A DNA stretch of 64,000 nt, from NCBI GenBank assembly GCA_963668645.2, contig CAXXWC010000010.1, forward strand, positions 1 to 64,000, read 5' to 3'. A program made the translations under genes and the position numbers. This document shows, piece after piece, positions 21,193 to 32,102 of the stretch (positions within the stretch are counted from its first letter, which is position 1; each line of letters opens with the position of its first letter). The notes beneath the pieces were generated by a model. The model was not told where the DNA came from and made no database searches. It saw only the letters and a program-made list of their open reading frames with translations. The DNA is from Desulfobacterales bacterium (GTDB lineage Bacteria > Desulfobacterota > Desulfobacteria > Desulfobacterales > UBA2174).

Positions 21193-22482
21193 GTGAAAAG
21201 GATTCGTTCTGCTATCGTGGTAGTGGCCGCAGCGTTTTGCCTGCTGGCCGCGGGGACGGCCATGGCCGCCCAGATCGAAATGACCATGTATTACCCCATC
21301 TCGGTGGGCGGCAAACCCTACGAGCTGATCAACGGACTGATCGGCGAGTTTGAAGCCCAGAACCCGGACATCAAGGTCAAGGCAGTCTACTACGGCAACT
21401 ACGACGATACCCGCACCAAGTGCCTGGCGGCCGTCAAGGCGGGTGAGAAGGTCCAGATGTCGGTGCTTTTTTCCATCGACATCTTCGATCTGATCGACGC
21501 CAACGTGATCATGCCCTGGGAGGATGTGGTCCAGACGGACGAGGAGCGGGCCTGGCTCAAGGGCTTCTATCCGGCCCTGATGGCCAACTCCATGGCTGGC
21601 GGCAAGACCTACGGTGTTCCCTTCCAGCGCTCGACCATCGTGATGTACTACAACAAGGACGCCTTCCGCGAAGTGGGCCTCGACCCGGAAAAGCCGCCGG
21701 CCACCTGGGACGAACTGGTCTCCATGGGCAAGAAGCTGGTCAAACGCGACGCCAACGGCCAGGTGACCCGCTGGGGCATTGAAATCCCCTCCACCGGCTA
21801 TCCCTACTGGATGTTCCAGTGTCTGGCCATCGAAAACGGCATGGAACTGATGAACAAGGCCGGCAACGAGGTCTTCTTCAACCACCCGGAGGTGGTGGCC
21901 GGGATGCAGTTCTGGCACGACATGGCCTACAAGCATGAAATCATGCCCAAGGGCAGCACCGACTGGGGCACCCTGCGCCAGCAGTTTCTCGGCGGGGCCA
22001 CCGCCATGATGTGGCACACCACCGGCAACCTGACCCCGGTGCGCGACAACGCCAAGTTCGACTTCGGCGTCGCCATGCTCCCGGCCAACAAGCGCCGCGG
22101 CAGCCCCACGGGCGGCGGCAATTTCTACGTGTTCAAGAACACGACCCCTGAAGAACAGGCCGCGGTACTCAAGTTCGTCAAGTTCATGACCGCCCCGATT
22201 AACACGGCCAAGTGGTCCATCGGCACCGGCTATGTGGCCACCAGCCCGGCGGCTTACGAGACCGACCTGCTCAAGGAATACGTGGCCGGTTTTCCAGCCG
22301 CCACGGTGGCCCGAGACCAGTTCCAGTACGCGGTGGCCGAGTTTTCGACCCACGAGACGGCCCGGGTCAAAAAGTTTCTCGACGACGCCATCCAGTCGGT
22401 CCTTTCGGGCAATGCCACGGCCCAGGCCGCCCTGGATCAGGCCCAGAAGGGGGCCGACCGGATCCTGAAACGATACCGTTAA
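21193..22482 (+). CDS. ABC substrate-binding protein (UgpB-like, glycerol-3-phosphate/sugar)
   Basis: Signal peptide, PFQRSTIVMYYNKD, PPATWDEL, TGGGN. Confidence 0.85.
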   Translation: MKRIRSAIVVVAAAFCLLAAGTAMAAQIEMTMYYPISVGGKPYELINGLIGEFEAQNPDIKVKAVYYGNYDDTRTKCLAAVKAGEKVQMSVLFSIDIFDLIDANVIMPWEDVVQTDEERAWLKGFYPALMANSMAGGKTYGVPFQRSTIVMYYNKDAFREVGLDPEKPPATWDELVSMGKKLVKRDANGQVTRWGIEIPSTGYPYWMFQCLAIENGMELMNKAGNEVFFNHPEVVAGMQFWHDMAYKHEIMPKGSTDWGTLRQQFLGGATAMMWHTTGNLTPVRDNAKFDFGVAMLPANKRRGSPTGGGNFYVFKNTTPEEQAAVLKFVKFMTAPINTAKWSIGTGYVATSPAAYETDLLKEYVAGFPAATVARDQFQYAVAEFSTHETARVKKFLDDAIQSVLSGNATAQAALDQAQKGADRILKRYR

Positions 22483-22561
22483 TCGCCCTGCAACCGGTGA
22501 CACTTTGAGGTTTCGGCCTGCCGGGATCGCACCCGGGTTCCGGCAGGCGCGATAGATTACG

Positions 22562-23440
22562 ATGAATCCCAGGATCGCACGCCACGTCTACGGATGGCTG
22601 CTCTTTACCCCGGCGGCCATCTTCTTCATCCTGTTTACGCACTATCCCATCGTGCGCTCGTGCTTTTTGAGCTTTTTCGACAACCCGCGCGCCGGCGGCC
22701 CAGCCAGCTTTGTGGGGCTGGAGAACTACCGCTATCTTATCGAGGATCCGATCTTCTGGCAGGCCCTGAAGAACAACCTGATCTATGCCTTCGGCACCAT
22801 TCCGGTGACCATCGGCCTGGCCATGCTCATGGCGGTCTGGGTCAACCGGCAGATGCCGGGCCGGGCTTTCGTACGGGCGGCCTACTTCACCCCCACCATC
22901 CTGCCGATGATCGCCATCGCCAACATCTGGCTCTTTTTTTACACCCCCGGGATCGGGCTGTTTGACAATGTGTTGACGTATTTCGGTCTTCCGGGCCGCA
23001 ACTGGCTCGGCAACCCGGACACGGCGCTGGCCTGCCTGATGGTCATCGCGGTATGGAAAGATGCCGGCTTTTTCATGATCTTCTACCTGGCGGCCCTCCA
23101 GGGGCTGCCGCGGGACGTGATCGAGGCGGGTCGCATCGAGGGGGCCGGGCGTTTCTATTTTTTCCGGCGCGTGACCTTCCCCCTGCTGATGCCCACCACC
23201 GTCTTCGTGGTCTTCAATGCGCTGATCAACACTTTTCGCATCATCGACCACATCTTCATTCTGACCAAGGGGGGGCCGAACAACGCCACCGAGCTGCTGC
23301 TCTACTACCTGTTCCAGACCGCCTTCGAGTTCTGGGACACGGCCTACGCGGCGGTGCTGACCGTGGTGATCATGGCGATCCTGATGAGCCTGGCACTGGT
23401 GCAGTTCAAGGTGCTCGAGCGCCGCACGCATTATCAATGA
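22562..23440 (+). CDS. Carbohydrate ABC permease (UgpA-like)
   Basis: FVGLENY, EAGRIEGA (EAA loop), LTKGGPNNAT. Confidence 0.9.
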   Translation: MNPRIARHVYGWLLFTPAAIFFILFTHYPIVRSCFLSFFDNPRAGGPASFVGLENYRYLIEDPIFWQALKNNLIYAFGTIPVTIGLAMLMAVWVNRQMPGRAFVRAAYFTPTILPMIAIANIWLFFYTPGIGLFDNVLTYFGLPGRNWLGNPDTALACLMVIAVWKDAGFFMIFYLAALQGLPRDVIEAGRIEGAGRFYFFRRVTFPLLMPTTVFVVFNALINTFRIIDHIFILTKGGPNNATELLLYYLFQTAFEFWDTAYAAVLTVVIMAILMSLALVQFKVLERRTHYQ

Positions 23441-23478
23441 AACGATCGGGCTGTTATGCCAAAGGATAACCCCAGCTG

Positions 23479-24294
23479 ATGGAAGCTTCCCCCTTCGGGC
23501 GCCGCCTGGAAACCGCCGCTGCCTGGCTCCTCGGCCTGCTCTGGGCCGCGCCGCTGCTCTACGCCTTCTGGGCCGCCTTCCATCCGGCCCGCTACGCCGT
23601 GCACTTCGACCTGACGGCCCCCCTGACGCTGTCCAACTTCATCGAGGCCTGGCAGACGGCCCCCTTCGCGCGGTATTTCATCAACACCATCCTCTACACC
23701 ACCATGACCACGGTGCTCCAGTTCGTGCTGGGCACCCTGGCCGCCTATGCCTTTGCCTGCTACGAATGGAAAGGGCGCGATCTGGCCTTCGCCCTGATCC
23801 TGATCCAGTTGATGGTCATGCCCGACCAGCTCCTGGTGGTCAACTACCAGACCATGACGAGCCTCAAGCTGGTGGACAGCATCCCGGCCATCTCCCTGCC
23901 CTACATCGCCTCGGCCTTCGGCGTCTTTTTGCTGCGCCAGAACTTCAAGCAGGTGCCCATCGCCTTGGCCGAGGCGGCCCGGGTGGAAGGGGCCGGCCCG
24001 CTGGCCATCCTGATGAAGGTCTACGTCCCGCTGTCCAAGTCGGTCTACCTGGCCTACGGCCTGGTGTCGGTAAGCTGGCACTGGAACAACTTCCTCTGGC
24101 CCCTGGTGATCACCAATTCGGTGACCACGCGGCCCATCACGGTGGGACTGTCGATCTTCGGCTCGCCGGAAAACGGGGTCAACTTCGCCATCGTCTCGGC
24201 CGGGACCCTGATGTCGGTGGCGCCCCTGCTGATCGGGTTCCTCCTTTTCCAGCGCCAGTTCGTCCAGAGCTTCATGCGCGCCGGGATCAAGTAG
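23479..24294 (+). CDS. Carbohydrate ABC permease (UgpE-like)
   Basis: EAARVEGA, WNNFLWPL, FQRQFV. Confidence 0.9.
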   Translation: MEASPFGRRLETAAAWLLGLLWAAPLLYAFWAAFHPARYAVHFDLTAPLTLSNFIEAWQTAPFARYFINTILYTTMTTVLQFVLGTLAAYAFACYEWKGRDLAFALILIQLMVMPDQLLVVNYQTMTSLKLVDSIPAISLPYIASAFGVFLLRQNFKQVPIALAEAARVEGAGPLAILMKVYVPLSKSVYLAYGLVSVSWHWNNFLWPLVITNSVTTRPITVGLSIFGSPENGVNFAIVSAGTLMSVAPLLIGFLLFQRQFVQSFMRAGIK

Positions 24295-24317
24295 GCCGGA
24301 CCGGCCTTTTTCCATTA

Positions 24318-25705
24318 ATGAAGCGTGACAGTCTGAAATACGCAGCAGATGAAATCCCCCCTGCGCATCTGACCCTGGGCCTGGCCCTGACGCACGTGCT
24401 GCTCATTTTTGACGGCATTATTTTCATCCCCAACGTTCTGGGAAAAACCACGCAGCTCGATCCTGAGACGCTTCATTTCATCACCTTTGCCACCATACTG
24501 ACGGCAGCCTTGTTCACTTTTTTGCAAACCCGCACGCGCCTGGGCATCGGGGCCGGGTTTATCCTCTTTTATGGAGCCCGCTCATCGCCATGGCCAGCGG
24601 CTATGTTGCCGCCGTGTTCCTTGGCCAGTCGTCCTTCGAACACAGCATTGCGGCCCCATGGTTCGGGCTGCCCGCCTTCAGCGCCTGGCCCGGCTTGGAT
24701 CTGAGTGCGGCCTGGGGGCATCTGCCCCTGCTGCTGGCATTCGCCATGGCAATGATGGCAAGCGCCATCGAGAATACGGGCAACATCATGCTCGTGCAGC
24801 AAATATCGACACGCAATTTTCACCGCGTGTCCTACGATAAAATCCAAAGCGGACTCTACTGTGACGGGCTGAGCAAGGTGCTGGCGGCGCTGTTGGGCAC
24901 GGCAGTGCCCTCCACCTATTGTGACAACCTGCCGCTGGTGGAAATAACCGGCGCGGCCTCGCGGCGTATCGGCGTGTGCGGAGCGGCCATTTTGCTGGTC
25001 CTGGCCTTTATGCCCAAAGTCAGCGGCATCGTGCTGGACATGCCCGGTCCGGTCATCGGCGGCTTTCTTATTGTCATGGCCGCGTTGCTGTTCCATGCGG
25101 GCGTCGGTTTGGTTTCCCTGACCCGGCTCAACAACCAGCACGGGTTGATTCTCGGGCTCTCCCTGGCGGTGGGCTTGGTGGCCGGGAGCGGCTCTTTTTT
25201 TCCGGGTATGTTTCCGAAAAATCTGAACCCCTTGTTGCAAAACAGCATTGCCATGGGCGGGTTCACGGCATTTTTTCTCAGCACCGTGGCGCACCTGATG
25301 CCCAAACGGGGCTTTTCGGGCGTATTCCGGCCGGACAAGGCCGAACTACCCGCCTTGCTGGCCCTGATAGCGGAACACAAGAAACGCCTGGGCTTGACCC
25401 AGAAGGAATTCAATGCCCTGACCCTGTGCTGCGAAGAAATATTCTGCTACATGAGCGAAGCCGAAACCAATGATCGGGAACGCTCAATGACCCTGCGCGT
25501 CTCCCGAAGAGAGGACGGCTGGTTTACCGAAATGGTCTGCGGTCATCAAATGGACGATGTAAACAATTTTATAATGCCCGACAGCTTCTTCAAGGCCACG
25601 CCGGAGGAACTCAACCATCTGGGTCTGATCCTCTTCACCCAATTCGCCAAAGATGTAAAGCACATCGAAATTTCAGGCTATTCTTACATCTCTTTCCTGA
25701 TCTGA
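24318..25705 (+). pseudogene. NCS2 (xanthine/uracil) permease with C-terminal HATPase-like domain; frameshift or internal deletion near 24575
   Basis: N-terminal MKRDSLKYAADEIPP.. in one frame; remainder (ENTGN, DGLSK..STYCDN, MPGPVIGG) in another; several TMs appear missing. Confidence 0.65.
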
Positions 25706-25811
25706 CCAGGACACGGGTCAACCAGACAGATAGATCCTATCAGGTCCACCTGTTCCAAAAAAATCCCTTCGAAAGATTGCATTGAGCAGTTTTGAGACTC
25801 AGGATTTGTTA

Positions 25812-26078
25812 TCAGCCGGTATTGATAAGACTCAGGATTTCTTCGTTGGTGGGAATATCCGCCATGGAATGCCCGTAGTGGACATATCGAAGCACGCCTG
25901 ACTTATCGATGAGCATCTGTGCCGGCATTCTGCCCAATTTAAACAACCTGACCTCTTGCCCGTACATTTTTAAAATTTTATGTTCAGGATCGGGCAATCC
26001 GATAAATTGCAGATCATTTTTTTCCCAGTACTTCTTGAAAGAGTCTGCACTTTCAGGTCCGATAACGACAATTTCCGT
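25812..26078 (-). pseudogene. 3' fragment of peroxiredoxin gene, near-identical to 43240-43499
   Basis: Direct sequence comparison; the 5' part including the UxxC motif is absent. Confidence 0.85.
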
Positions 26079-26079
26079 A

Positions 26080-26265
26080 ATGAAAAATTCGAAAAAGCCG
26101 GCTTACAGAAGTCGCCCAAAGCCAGCCCGCATCTACGCTTACCCGTTTGAATTTCGTTTGAGGGTGGTCCGGCTGCACCTGGAAGAAGGCTATAGTGCAG
26201 TGCTGCTGTCCGAGCAGTTTGGTGTCAGTGCCCATAGCGTTCATCGCTGGGTTAACCCAAGTTTG
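26080..26265 (+). mobile_element. Transposase N-terminal HTH remnant ending in TTAA plus 10 bp of an IS1634-type end
   Basis: YPFEFRLRVVRLHLEEGY..FGVSAHSVHRWV; TTAACCCAAGTTTG at 26252 equals the IS end at 36117. Confidence 0.6.
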
Positions 26266-26269
26266 AAAA

Positions 26270-26515
26270 AGATCCACCCCGGCGGGACCTTCCCAAGTCG
26301 AAATGGACGCGGGTGCCTTGCGGTTGGACTCCCTGCCGGCGCAATTGCGCGAAGCGTTGACCGGGGCCGTGATCGCGTTGGACACGGAGCGCACCCTGTC
26401 GCTGGTGAAAAAAATCACCCGGCAGGATGCCGCCACGGGAGCATTTTTGAAAAAGCTTGCCGAGAATCTGGAGTACGACCGCCTGCTGAGCCTGCTGGAA
26501 CAGCATAAACCGTGA
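26270..26515 (+). pseudogene. C-terminal remnant of a hybrid histidine kinase/response regulator
   Basis: LPAQLREAL..LD..LKKLAENLEYDRLLSLLE resembles C-termini of hybrid kinases. Confidence 0.45.
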
Positions 26516-26800
26516 TCGGCATAGTGCAATTAGAAAGAGGCCTATTGAATGAATTTCGAGGTGCAAAACAAGGATGCCGAAATTCTGGTTGTGGACAGTA
26601 TTCTCGGCTTATTGATGGAAAGCCATGTATTCGAAAGCGGCTTGGGCTAAAAGGCCAAAAGGGGTTTCACCACGTTTTTTGGGCAAAATAATCTACTGAA
26701 AAAGCAATCTTTCCGGCATGACGATATTGACCATTTTGGGATTTGAGGGTCAAACCGAACCAAGGTCCATGGCCGTGAAGCCACTGATCATGGGCACCCC

Positions 26801-27766
26801 TTATTCGTATCCGATGAGCTTTTGCAGATAGGCGATCAGGCTGCCTTTATCGGCGAGTTCATCAATCACGGCACTTTGGGTGACGTGCAAATCGTCCTTG
26901 AAATTCCGGATCACATTGACGTTTTCGGTTGCAAAGCCGACAAAGCGGCCGGAAGGATGGGTTGCACAAGGATGGGGGGGAAGATAGGTCATGAGCAACT
27001 TATCTTGGGTATTGTCGTCTTTGCTGGCCAGCTTCAAGACCATCATAAACGTCGGACAATCGTTGGTGATATGGGCGTTGAAGTTGTCGAAGGTCTTCAA
27101 ATGCCAGATCAGATTTTCGACATGTTTGTGGCGCCATTGAAGCTCAATCTCGTCTTGGCAATCATGGATATATTCTTCGAGACAAGATTTGCAGATGTAC
27201 TGGTTCACCTTGAAACGGGCCAGATTGCCGGCCAGATGGCGCCTGCGCTCTCTTCCGATAAGCTCTATCAGTTCGGGGTATATCGCATGGGTTTTGGCAT
27301 AGTGGCGATCGGTATAGCTCGGATGGCCCTCGACGCGCATGGAGTTTGTCGGCCTGGAGCTTATAATGACCAAGGGCCCGGGTATCCGCTCTGCGGACAG
27401 CATCATCAGGTCGAGGGTGAAGCGATCCCGGACCGGAAGCATTGCTGAAGAAAACTTGCTCTGGCTTGACGTCTCGATGAAAAACGGAATGTCATCTGAC
27501 GAAAGCGCGGCCCTGTCAAATGCATTGAGCAACCGATCGATGTCATGCAGCCCCAAATTTAGCGCAACGCACAGTGAGATAAGCCTCTCCCGGGAAACGT
27601 TGACGACGTTTCCGTTTTCGAGGTCGCGGATATAGGTATTGGAAAGACCAGATATGGAAGCAACCTGGTTCCGGGGCATCGGACTGGCATTGACTATTTC
27701 CCGTATGAAGGCGGCCCGCTCTTCCTGGCGTCTTTTGCGGTTATCTCTCAAATTCAAGTTCATCAT
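26801..27766 (-). CDS. XRE-type HTH transcriptional regulator with large C-terminal domain
   Basis: RNQVASISGLSNTYIRDLENG HTH; divergent from the peptide ABC operon. Confidence 0.75.
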   Translation of the reverse strand: MMNLNLRDNRKRRQEERAAFIREIVNASPMPRNQVASISGLSNTYIRDLENGNVVNVSRERLISLCVALNLGLHDIDRLLNAFDRAALSSDDIPFFIETSSQSKFSSAMLPVRDRFTLDLMMLSAERIPGPLVIISSRPTNSMRVEGHPSYTDRHYAKTHAIYPELIELIGRERRRHLAGNLARFKVNQYICKSCLEEYIHDCQDEIELQWRHKHVENLIWHLKTFDNFNAHITNDCPTFMMVLKLASKDDNTQDKLLMTYLPPHPCATHPSGRFVGFATENVNVIRNFKDDLHVTQSAVIDELADKGSLIAYLQKLIGYE

Positions 27767-28324
27767 ATTTCCTTGTTTTGTGTTACGTCCGCCACGGTCG
27801 GCAGAACTTTAAGTGCTACGCAAACTTATTTATATTATCCAGCCACAATAGAATGCAAACAGTTTTAACAGTCCGCTACCAGAATTACAAACCTCCACTG
27901 GCGCTCACTTCAATTTCTCCGGCACTCGAATCGATCGTTCCGTCTTCGGCATGGTCCGGGTCGGATCGACTCGATATCAAAGACGGCCTTCTGGCCCTCT
28001 CTGAGCCGTGTGTCAGCATCGAATCGCATAGAGGATAACACCCTGTTATAAAAATATTTTTATATTGTCAACCGCCTACAGGCAGCCTGCTGTCCACGAC
28101 GGCAGATCGCTGGCGGTCATCTGCATGCATCGACGCCAGCCCGCTGGTCTTTTAATGCCCGAAACAGTGATGAATTCGCATGGATAGCATCATTTTTCAA
28201 GCAAGTTATCGTGTAAAATATCTTCAAAAAGCGAAGGTATGCCCCACCGAAAACGAAAAAAAATCTACCGCATAAGATCAAAACAAAACAGTCAAATTAT
28301 TACAATTAGTTATTCGGTTTAATA

Positions 28325-28381
28325 AAAAAATTAAGCTAGCTTAATTTTTTCTTGACATAGCACTTTTTTTTCGACTATACA
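28325..28381 (+). promoter_or_regulatory. 26-bp perfect palindrome abutting a sigma70-like promoter
   Basis: AAAAAATTAAGCTAGCTTAATTTTTT (28325-28350), TTGACA (28352), TATACA (28376). Confidence 0.65.
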
Positions 28382-28510
28382 AGCACTCCAGTGTAGATGC
28401 TGGAAAAGCGTCACATTCGCGCTCTAGCCAGAGAACGCTCCGCCGTTTTTACCCCCTTGGTTGATAAAGGCCGATACGTATATTTTAAACTTCTAAAGAA
28501 GGAAATTACA

Positions 28511-30106
28511 ATGAAACGGCTTTCATCTTTTGTCATTGCGATCGTGGTTGCAGGGGGTCTTTTGTTCTCGGCGGCCGGCCCTGCCATGGCCGATGAACCC
28601 GACCCGATCACCATCGCCACCCGCTCCGAACCCTCCATCGACCCCCATTTCCTATACACCGAACCAAATATCGGCTACGCAAAGCACATTTACGGGCGGC
28701 TGGTCGGCAGGGACAACCAGTCGCATCGGGAGCCGGATCTGGCCGTCTCCTGGAAAGCAATTGACGACACCACCTGGGAGTTCAACCTCCGCAAAGGGGT
28801 CAAATTCCATGACGGATCCGAATTTACCGCCGAGGATGTCGTCTTTTCCATAAAACGCATCCCCAACGTCCCCAACAACCCCGGGACCTATGCCGGAAAC
28901 CTGAGATCCATCACCGATGTCAAGGCCGCAGGGCCTTACAAAATCATTATCAAGACCGACAAACCCAACCCGGTTCTTCCCACTCAGCTCCACAATGTTT
29001 CCATCGTCTCCAAGCAGCAGGTGACCGGAGCGAGCACGGCGGACTTTTCATCCGGAAAAGTGGCGGTGGGTACAGGCCCTTACAAATTCGTGGAATACGT
29101 GCCAGGAGACCGTTTGGTTCTCGAACGCTTCGACGGGTATTGGGGCACGCTCCCGGCATTCAAACGGGTAGTGTTCAAAATCGTCAGCAACGACGCGGCC
29201 CGCGTGGCGGCCTTGCTCGCCGGTGATGCCGACCTGATCGATTTCGTGCCGCCCACCGAAGTGGCCCATTTGACCCAGAACAAAAACATCAAATTGTTCA
29301 AGCGGCCCGCGGATCGGATCATTTTTTTCCACATGGACAGCATCCGGGACAATACCCCGTATGTCAAAAAGCTCGACGGCAGTCCCCTGATCCCCAACCC
29401 CCTGAAGGATCCACGGGTCCGCAAGGCCCTGTCCCTGGCCATCAATCGCCAGGCCATCTGCTCCCGGGTCATGGAGGGGCTGGCGGAACCGGAAAGCCAG
29501 TTGGTGCCTTCCGGCTGGTTCGGTCACAGCCCCAACCTCAAGGTTGACCCCTATGATCCGGCCCGCGCCAAACAGCTTCTGGCCGAAGCGGGGTATCCCG
29601 ACGGCTTCGCCATGACGGTCCACGGCCCCAACGACCGATATGTGAACGATTACAAGATCTGCCAGGCCGTGGCCCAGATGTTTGCCCGCATCGGCATCAA
29701 GGTCCAGGTGGAAACGATGCCCAAGAGTGTTTACTTCGGCAAATATGTCCCCCCGGATCCGCAGTTCAGCTTCGCCATGATGGGCTGGGGAACCTCGGCC
29801 ACCTGCGAGTCGATCCACGGCCTGATGGGACTGTTGCACAGCTACGACAAGGCCAAGGGGCTGGGCGCCTACAACCTGGGCTATGCCAGCCCGGACTTCG
29901 ACTCGGTGGCCGAAAAGGCGGTCGTCATCGTTAACGACCAAGAACGCGAAGAAATGCTTCACAAGGCAATGGAGATCGCCATGAACGACATGGCCGCGAT
30001 CCCCATGCATACGCAGTTTACCGTCAGCGCTGGGCGCCAGGGGATCGACTACACCGTGCGTCCTGATGAAATGACCCTGGCATACAATGCCCGGCCGGCC
30101 CGTTAG
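28511..30106 (+). CDS. Peptide/nickel ABC substrate-binding protein (DppA-like)
   Basis: Signal peptide, PDLAVSW, LRKGVKFHDG, GTGPYKF, VRKALSLAINR. Confidence 0.92.
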   Translation: MKRLSSFVIAIVVAGGLLFSAAGPAMADEPDPITIATRSEPSIDPHFLYTEPNIGYAKHIYGRLVGRDNQSHREPDLAVSWKAIDDTTWEFNLRKGVKFHDGSEFTAEDVVFSIKRIPNVPNNPGTYAGNLRSITDVKAAGPYKIIIKTDKPNPVLPTQLHNVSIVSKQQVTGASTADFSSGKVAVGTGPYKFVEYVPGDRLVLERFDGYWGTLPAFKRVVFKIVSNDAARVAALLAGDADLIDFVPPTEVAHLTQNKNIKLFKRPADRIIFFHMDSIRDNTPYVKKLDGSPLIPNPLKDPRVRKALSLAINRQAICSRVMEGLAEPESQLVPSGWFGHSPNLKVDPYDPARAKQLLAEAGYPDGFAMTVHGPNDRYVNDYKICQAVAQMFARIGIKVQVETMPKSVYFGKYVPPDPQFSFAMMGWGTSATCESIHGLMGLLHSYDKAKGLGAYNLGYASPDFDSVAEKAVVIVNDQEREEMLHKAMEIAMNDMAAIPMHTQFTVSAGRQGIDYTVRPDEMTLAYNARPAR

Positions 30107-30128
30107 ATTCGCCGCGCTTCACTCAACG

Positions 30129-30161
30129 ACGACGCCGGCTCCCTTCCGGAGCCCGGCGTCG
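30129..30161 (+). terminator. GC-rich hairpin after the binding-protein gene (stabiliser or attenuator)
   Basis: CGACGCCGG-CTCC...GGAG-CCCGGCGTCG inverted repeat; no clear U-tract. Confidence 0.4.
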
Positions 30162-30216
30162 GTACGCGGTCATCTTCATTACTTAAAGGAACGGCATCCC
30201 CACCGTCAGGACAGCA

Positions 30217-31194
30217 ATGGCAACCTTCGTCCTCCGCAGGCTGATTCAGACCCTCGTCACGTTGATCGTGATGTCATTCATCGTGTTTGTCGGCATTTTT
30301 GCCGTCGGCGATCCGGTCAAACTGCTGATCAGCCCGGAGGCGACCCAGATGGAGCGCGAAGCGGTCACCCACGCCCTGGGGCTGGACCAACCGCTGTATG
30401 CCCAGTACTTTTCTTTTCTGAAAAGCGCCCTGAAAGGGAACCTGGGCGATTCGTACATCCACAACATTCCCGCCCTGCAGCTGATCCTTAAAAGATTGCC
30501 GGCCACGATGGAACTGGCGATCTCCGCCATCATTCTGGCCGTCGTTCTGGGCATTCCCTTGGGGCTTTTGGCCGGGGTCGCGCCCGAGTCGAAAACCGCC
30601 AGTTCCATCATGGTCGGATCCGTCCTCGGCTTCAGCCTGCCGACCTTCTGGGTCGGGTTGATGATGGTCCTGGTTTTTTCCGTCAGCCTCGGATGGCTGC
30701 CCGCCTCCGGCCGCGGCCAGACCGTGGAAGTGGCCGGCATCTGCGTGAGCTTCCTGACCCTCGACGGCTTGAAACACCTTCTGCTGCCAGCCGTCAATCT
30801 GGCCTTGTTCCCCATGGCGCTGGTCATCCGGCTGACCAAGGCCGGCGTCAGTGAAGTGCTTCAGCAGGACTATATCACCCTGGCTAAGGCCAAGGGGCTG
30901 GGCCAGGTCCGGATAATGGGGGTTCATGTCCTGAAAAATACCCTGATCCCCATCATAACGGTGGTCGGCATGCAGTTCGGAGTCCTGCTGGCCTTTGCCA
31001 TGGTCACCGAAACCGTGTTCGCCTGGCCGGGCATGGGCAAGCTGATCATCGATTCGATCAACATGCTCGACCGGCCGGTGGTCATCGCCTACCTGCTCAT
31101 CACCGTGGTCCTGTTCATGGGGATCAATTTCGTGGTGGATATCCTTTACTCCTTGCTCGATCCCCGCGTGCGGCTCGGAGAAAGGCAGACATGA
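30217..31194 (+). CDS. Peptide ABC permease DppB-like
   Basis: LGLDQPL..QY, RLPATMEL, AKAKGL, ETVFAWPGMG. Confidence 0.92.
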   Translation: MATFVLRRLIQTLVTLIVMSFIVFVGIFAVGDPVKLLISPEATQMEREAVTHALGLDQPLYAQYFSFLKSALKGNLGDSYIHNIPALQLILKRLPATMELAISAIILAVVLGIPLGLLAGVAPESKTASSIMVGSVLGFSLPTFWVGLMMVLVFSVSLGWLPASGRGQTVEVAGICVSFLTLDGLKHLLLPAVNLALFPMALVIRLTKAGVSEVLQQDYITLAKAKGLGQVRIMGVHVLKNTLIPIITVVGMQFGVLLAFAMVTETVFAWPGMGKLIIDSINMLDRPVVIAYLLITVVLFMGINFVVDILYSLLDPRVRLGERQT

Positions 31195-32102
31195 GTTCCG
31201 CAACATCCTCAAACGGCGCCGCTTCTGCAGCAAAGAGCCCATTTCGTGAACTCGTTCTGAATTTTGCCGACAGCCGGATGGCCATCATTGCCTTCGTGGT
31301 TCTGTCCGTGGTCGTGATCGCCGCCCTGATGGGCCCCTGGATCACCCTCCAGAACCCCTACGACCTTGCCCAGATCGACATCATGGACAGCCGCCTGGTC
31401 CCGGGGAGCAAAAGCCTGGACGGCACCACCTACTGGCTGGGTACCGACGACCAGGGGCGGGACATGGTCAGCGCGATTCTCTACGGCCTGCGCATCAGCC
31501 TCTGGGTCGGGATTGCCTCAGGCGCAGTGGCCTTTGTCATGGGTACGGTAATCGGGCTTCTGGGGACCTATGCCGGCGGGCGGGTAGATGCGCTGATCAT
31601 GCGCACCGTGGACATTCAGCTCGGCTTTCCGCCGATTTTGATCGCGCTTATCCTGCTGGCCTTGCTCGGACGCGGGATCGACAAGGTCCTGCTGGCCCTG
31701 GTCCTGAGCCAGTGGGCCTTTTACGCCCGCACCGTGCGGGCCACGGCCCTGGTGGAACGCGAAAAAGAATACATGCAGGCAGCCCAGGGACTGGGGTTGC
31801 CGCCGTGGCGAATTTTGTTCCGTCACCTGCTGCCCAACTGCCTGCCGCCGTTGATCGTCGTATCGACGGTCAATGTGGCCAACGCAATCCAGCTTGAAGC
31901 CACATTGAGCTTTCTCGGCGTCGGGCTGCCCATCACCGAACCTTCCCTCGGGCTGCTGATCGCCAACGGATTTCAGTACATTTTAAACGGCCAGTACTGG
32001 ATCAGCGTCTTTCCAGGCATCGCACTGCTCATCGTGGTCGCCAGCATCAACCAGGTGGCCGACCGGTTGCGCGACGTTCTCAATCCGAGGGGAATCCGAT
32101 GA
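31191..32102 (+). CDS. Peptide ABC permease DppC-like
   Basis: WLGTDDQGRD, RHLLPN, EATLSFLGVG. Confidence 0.92.
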   Translation: MSSATSSNGAASAAKSPFRELVLNFADSRMAIIAFVVLSVVVIAALMGPWITLQNPYDLAQIDIMDSRLVPGSKSLDGTTYWLGTDDQGRDMVSAILYGLRISLWVGIASGAVAFVMGTVIGLLGTYAGGRVDALIMRTVDIQLGFPPILIALILLALLGRGIDKVLLALVLSQWAFYARTVRATALVEREKEYMQAAQGLGLPPWRILFRHLLPNCLPPLIVVSTVNVANAIQLEATLSFLGVGLPITEPSLGLLIANGFQYILNGQYWISVFPGIALLIVVASINQVADRLRDVLNPRGIR

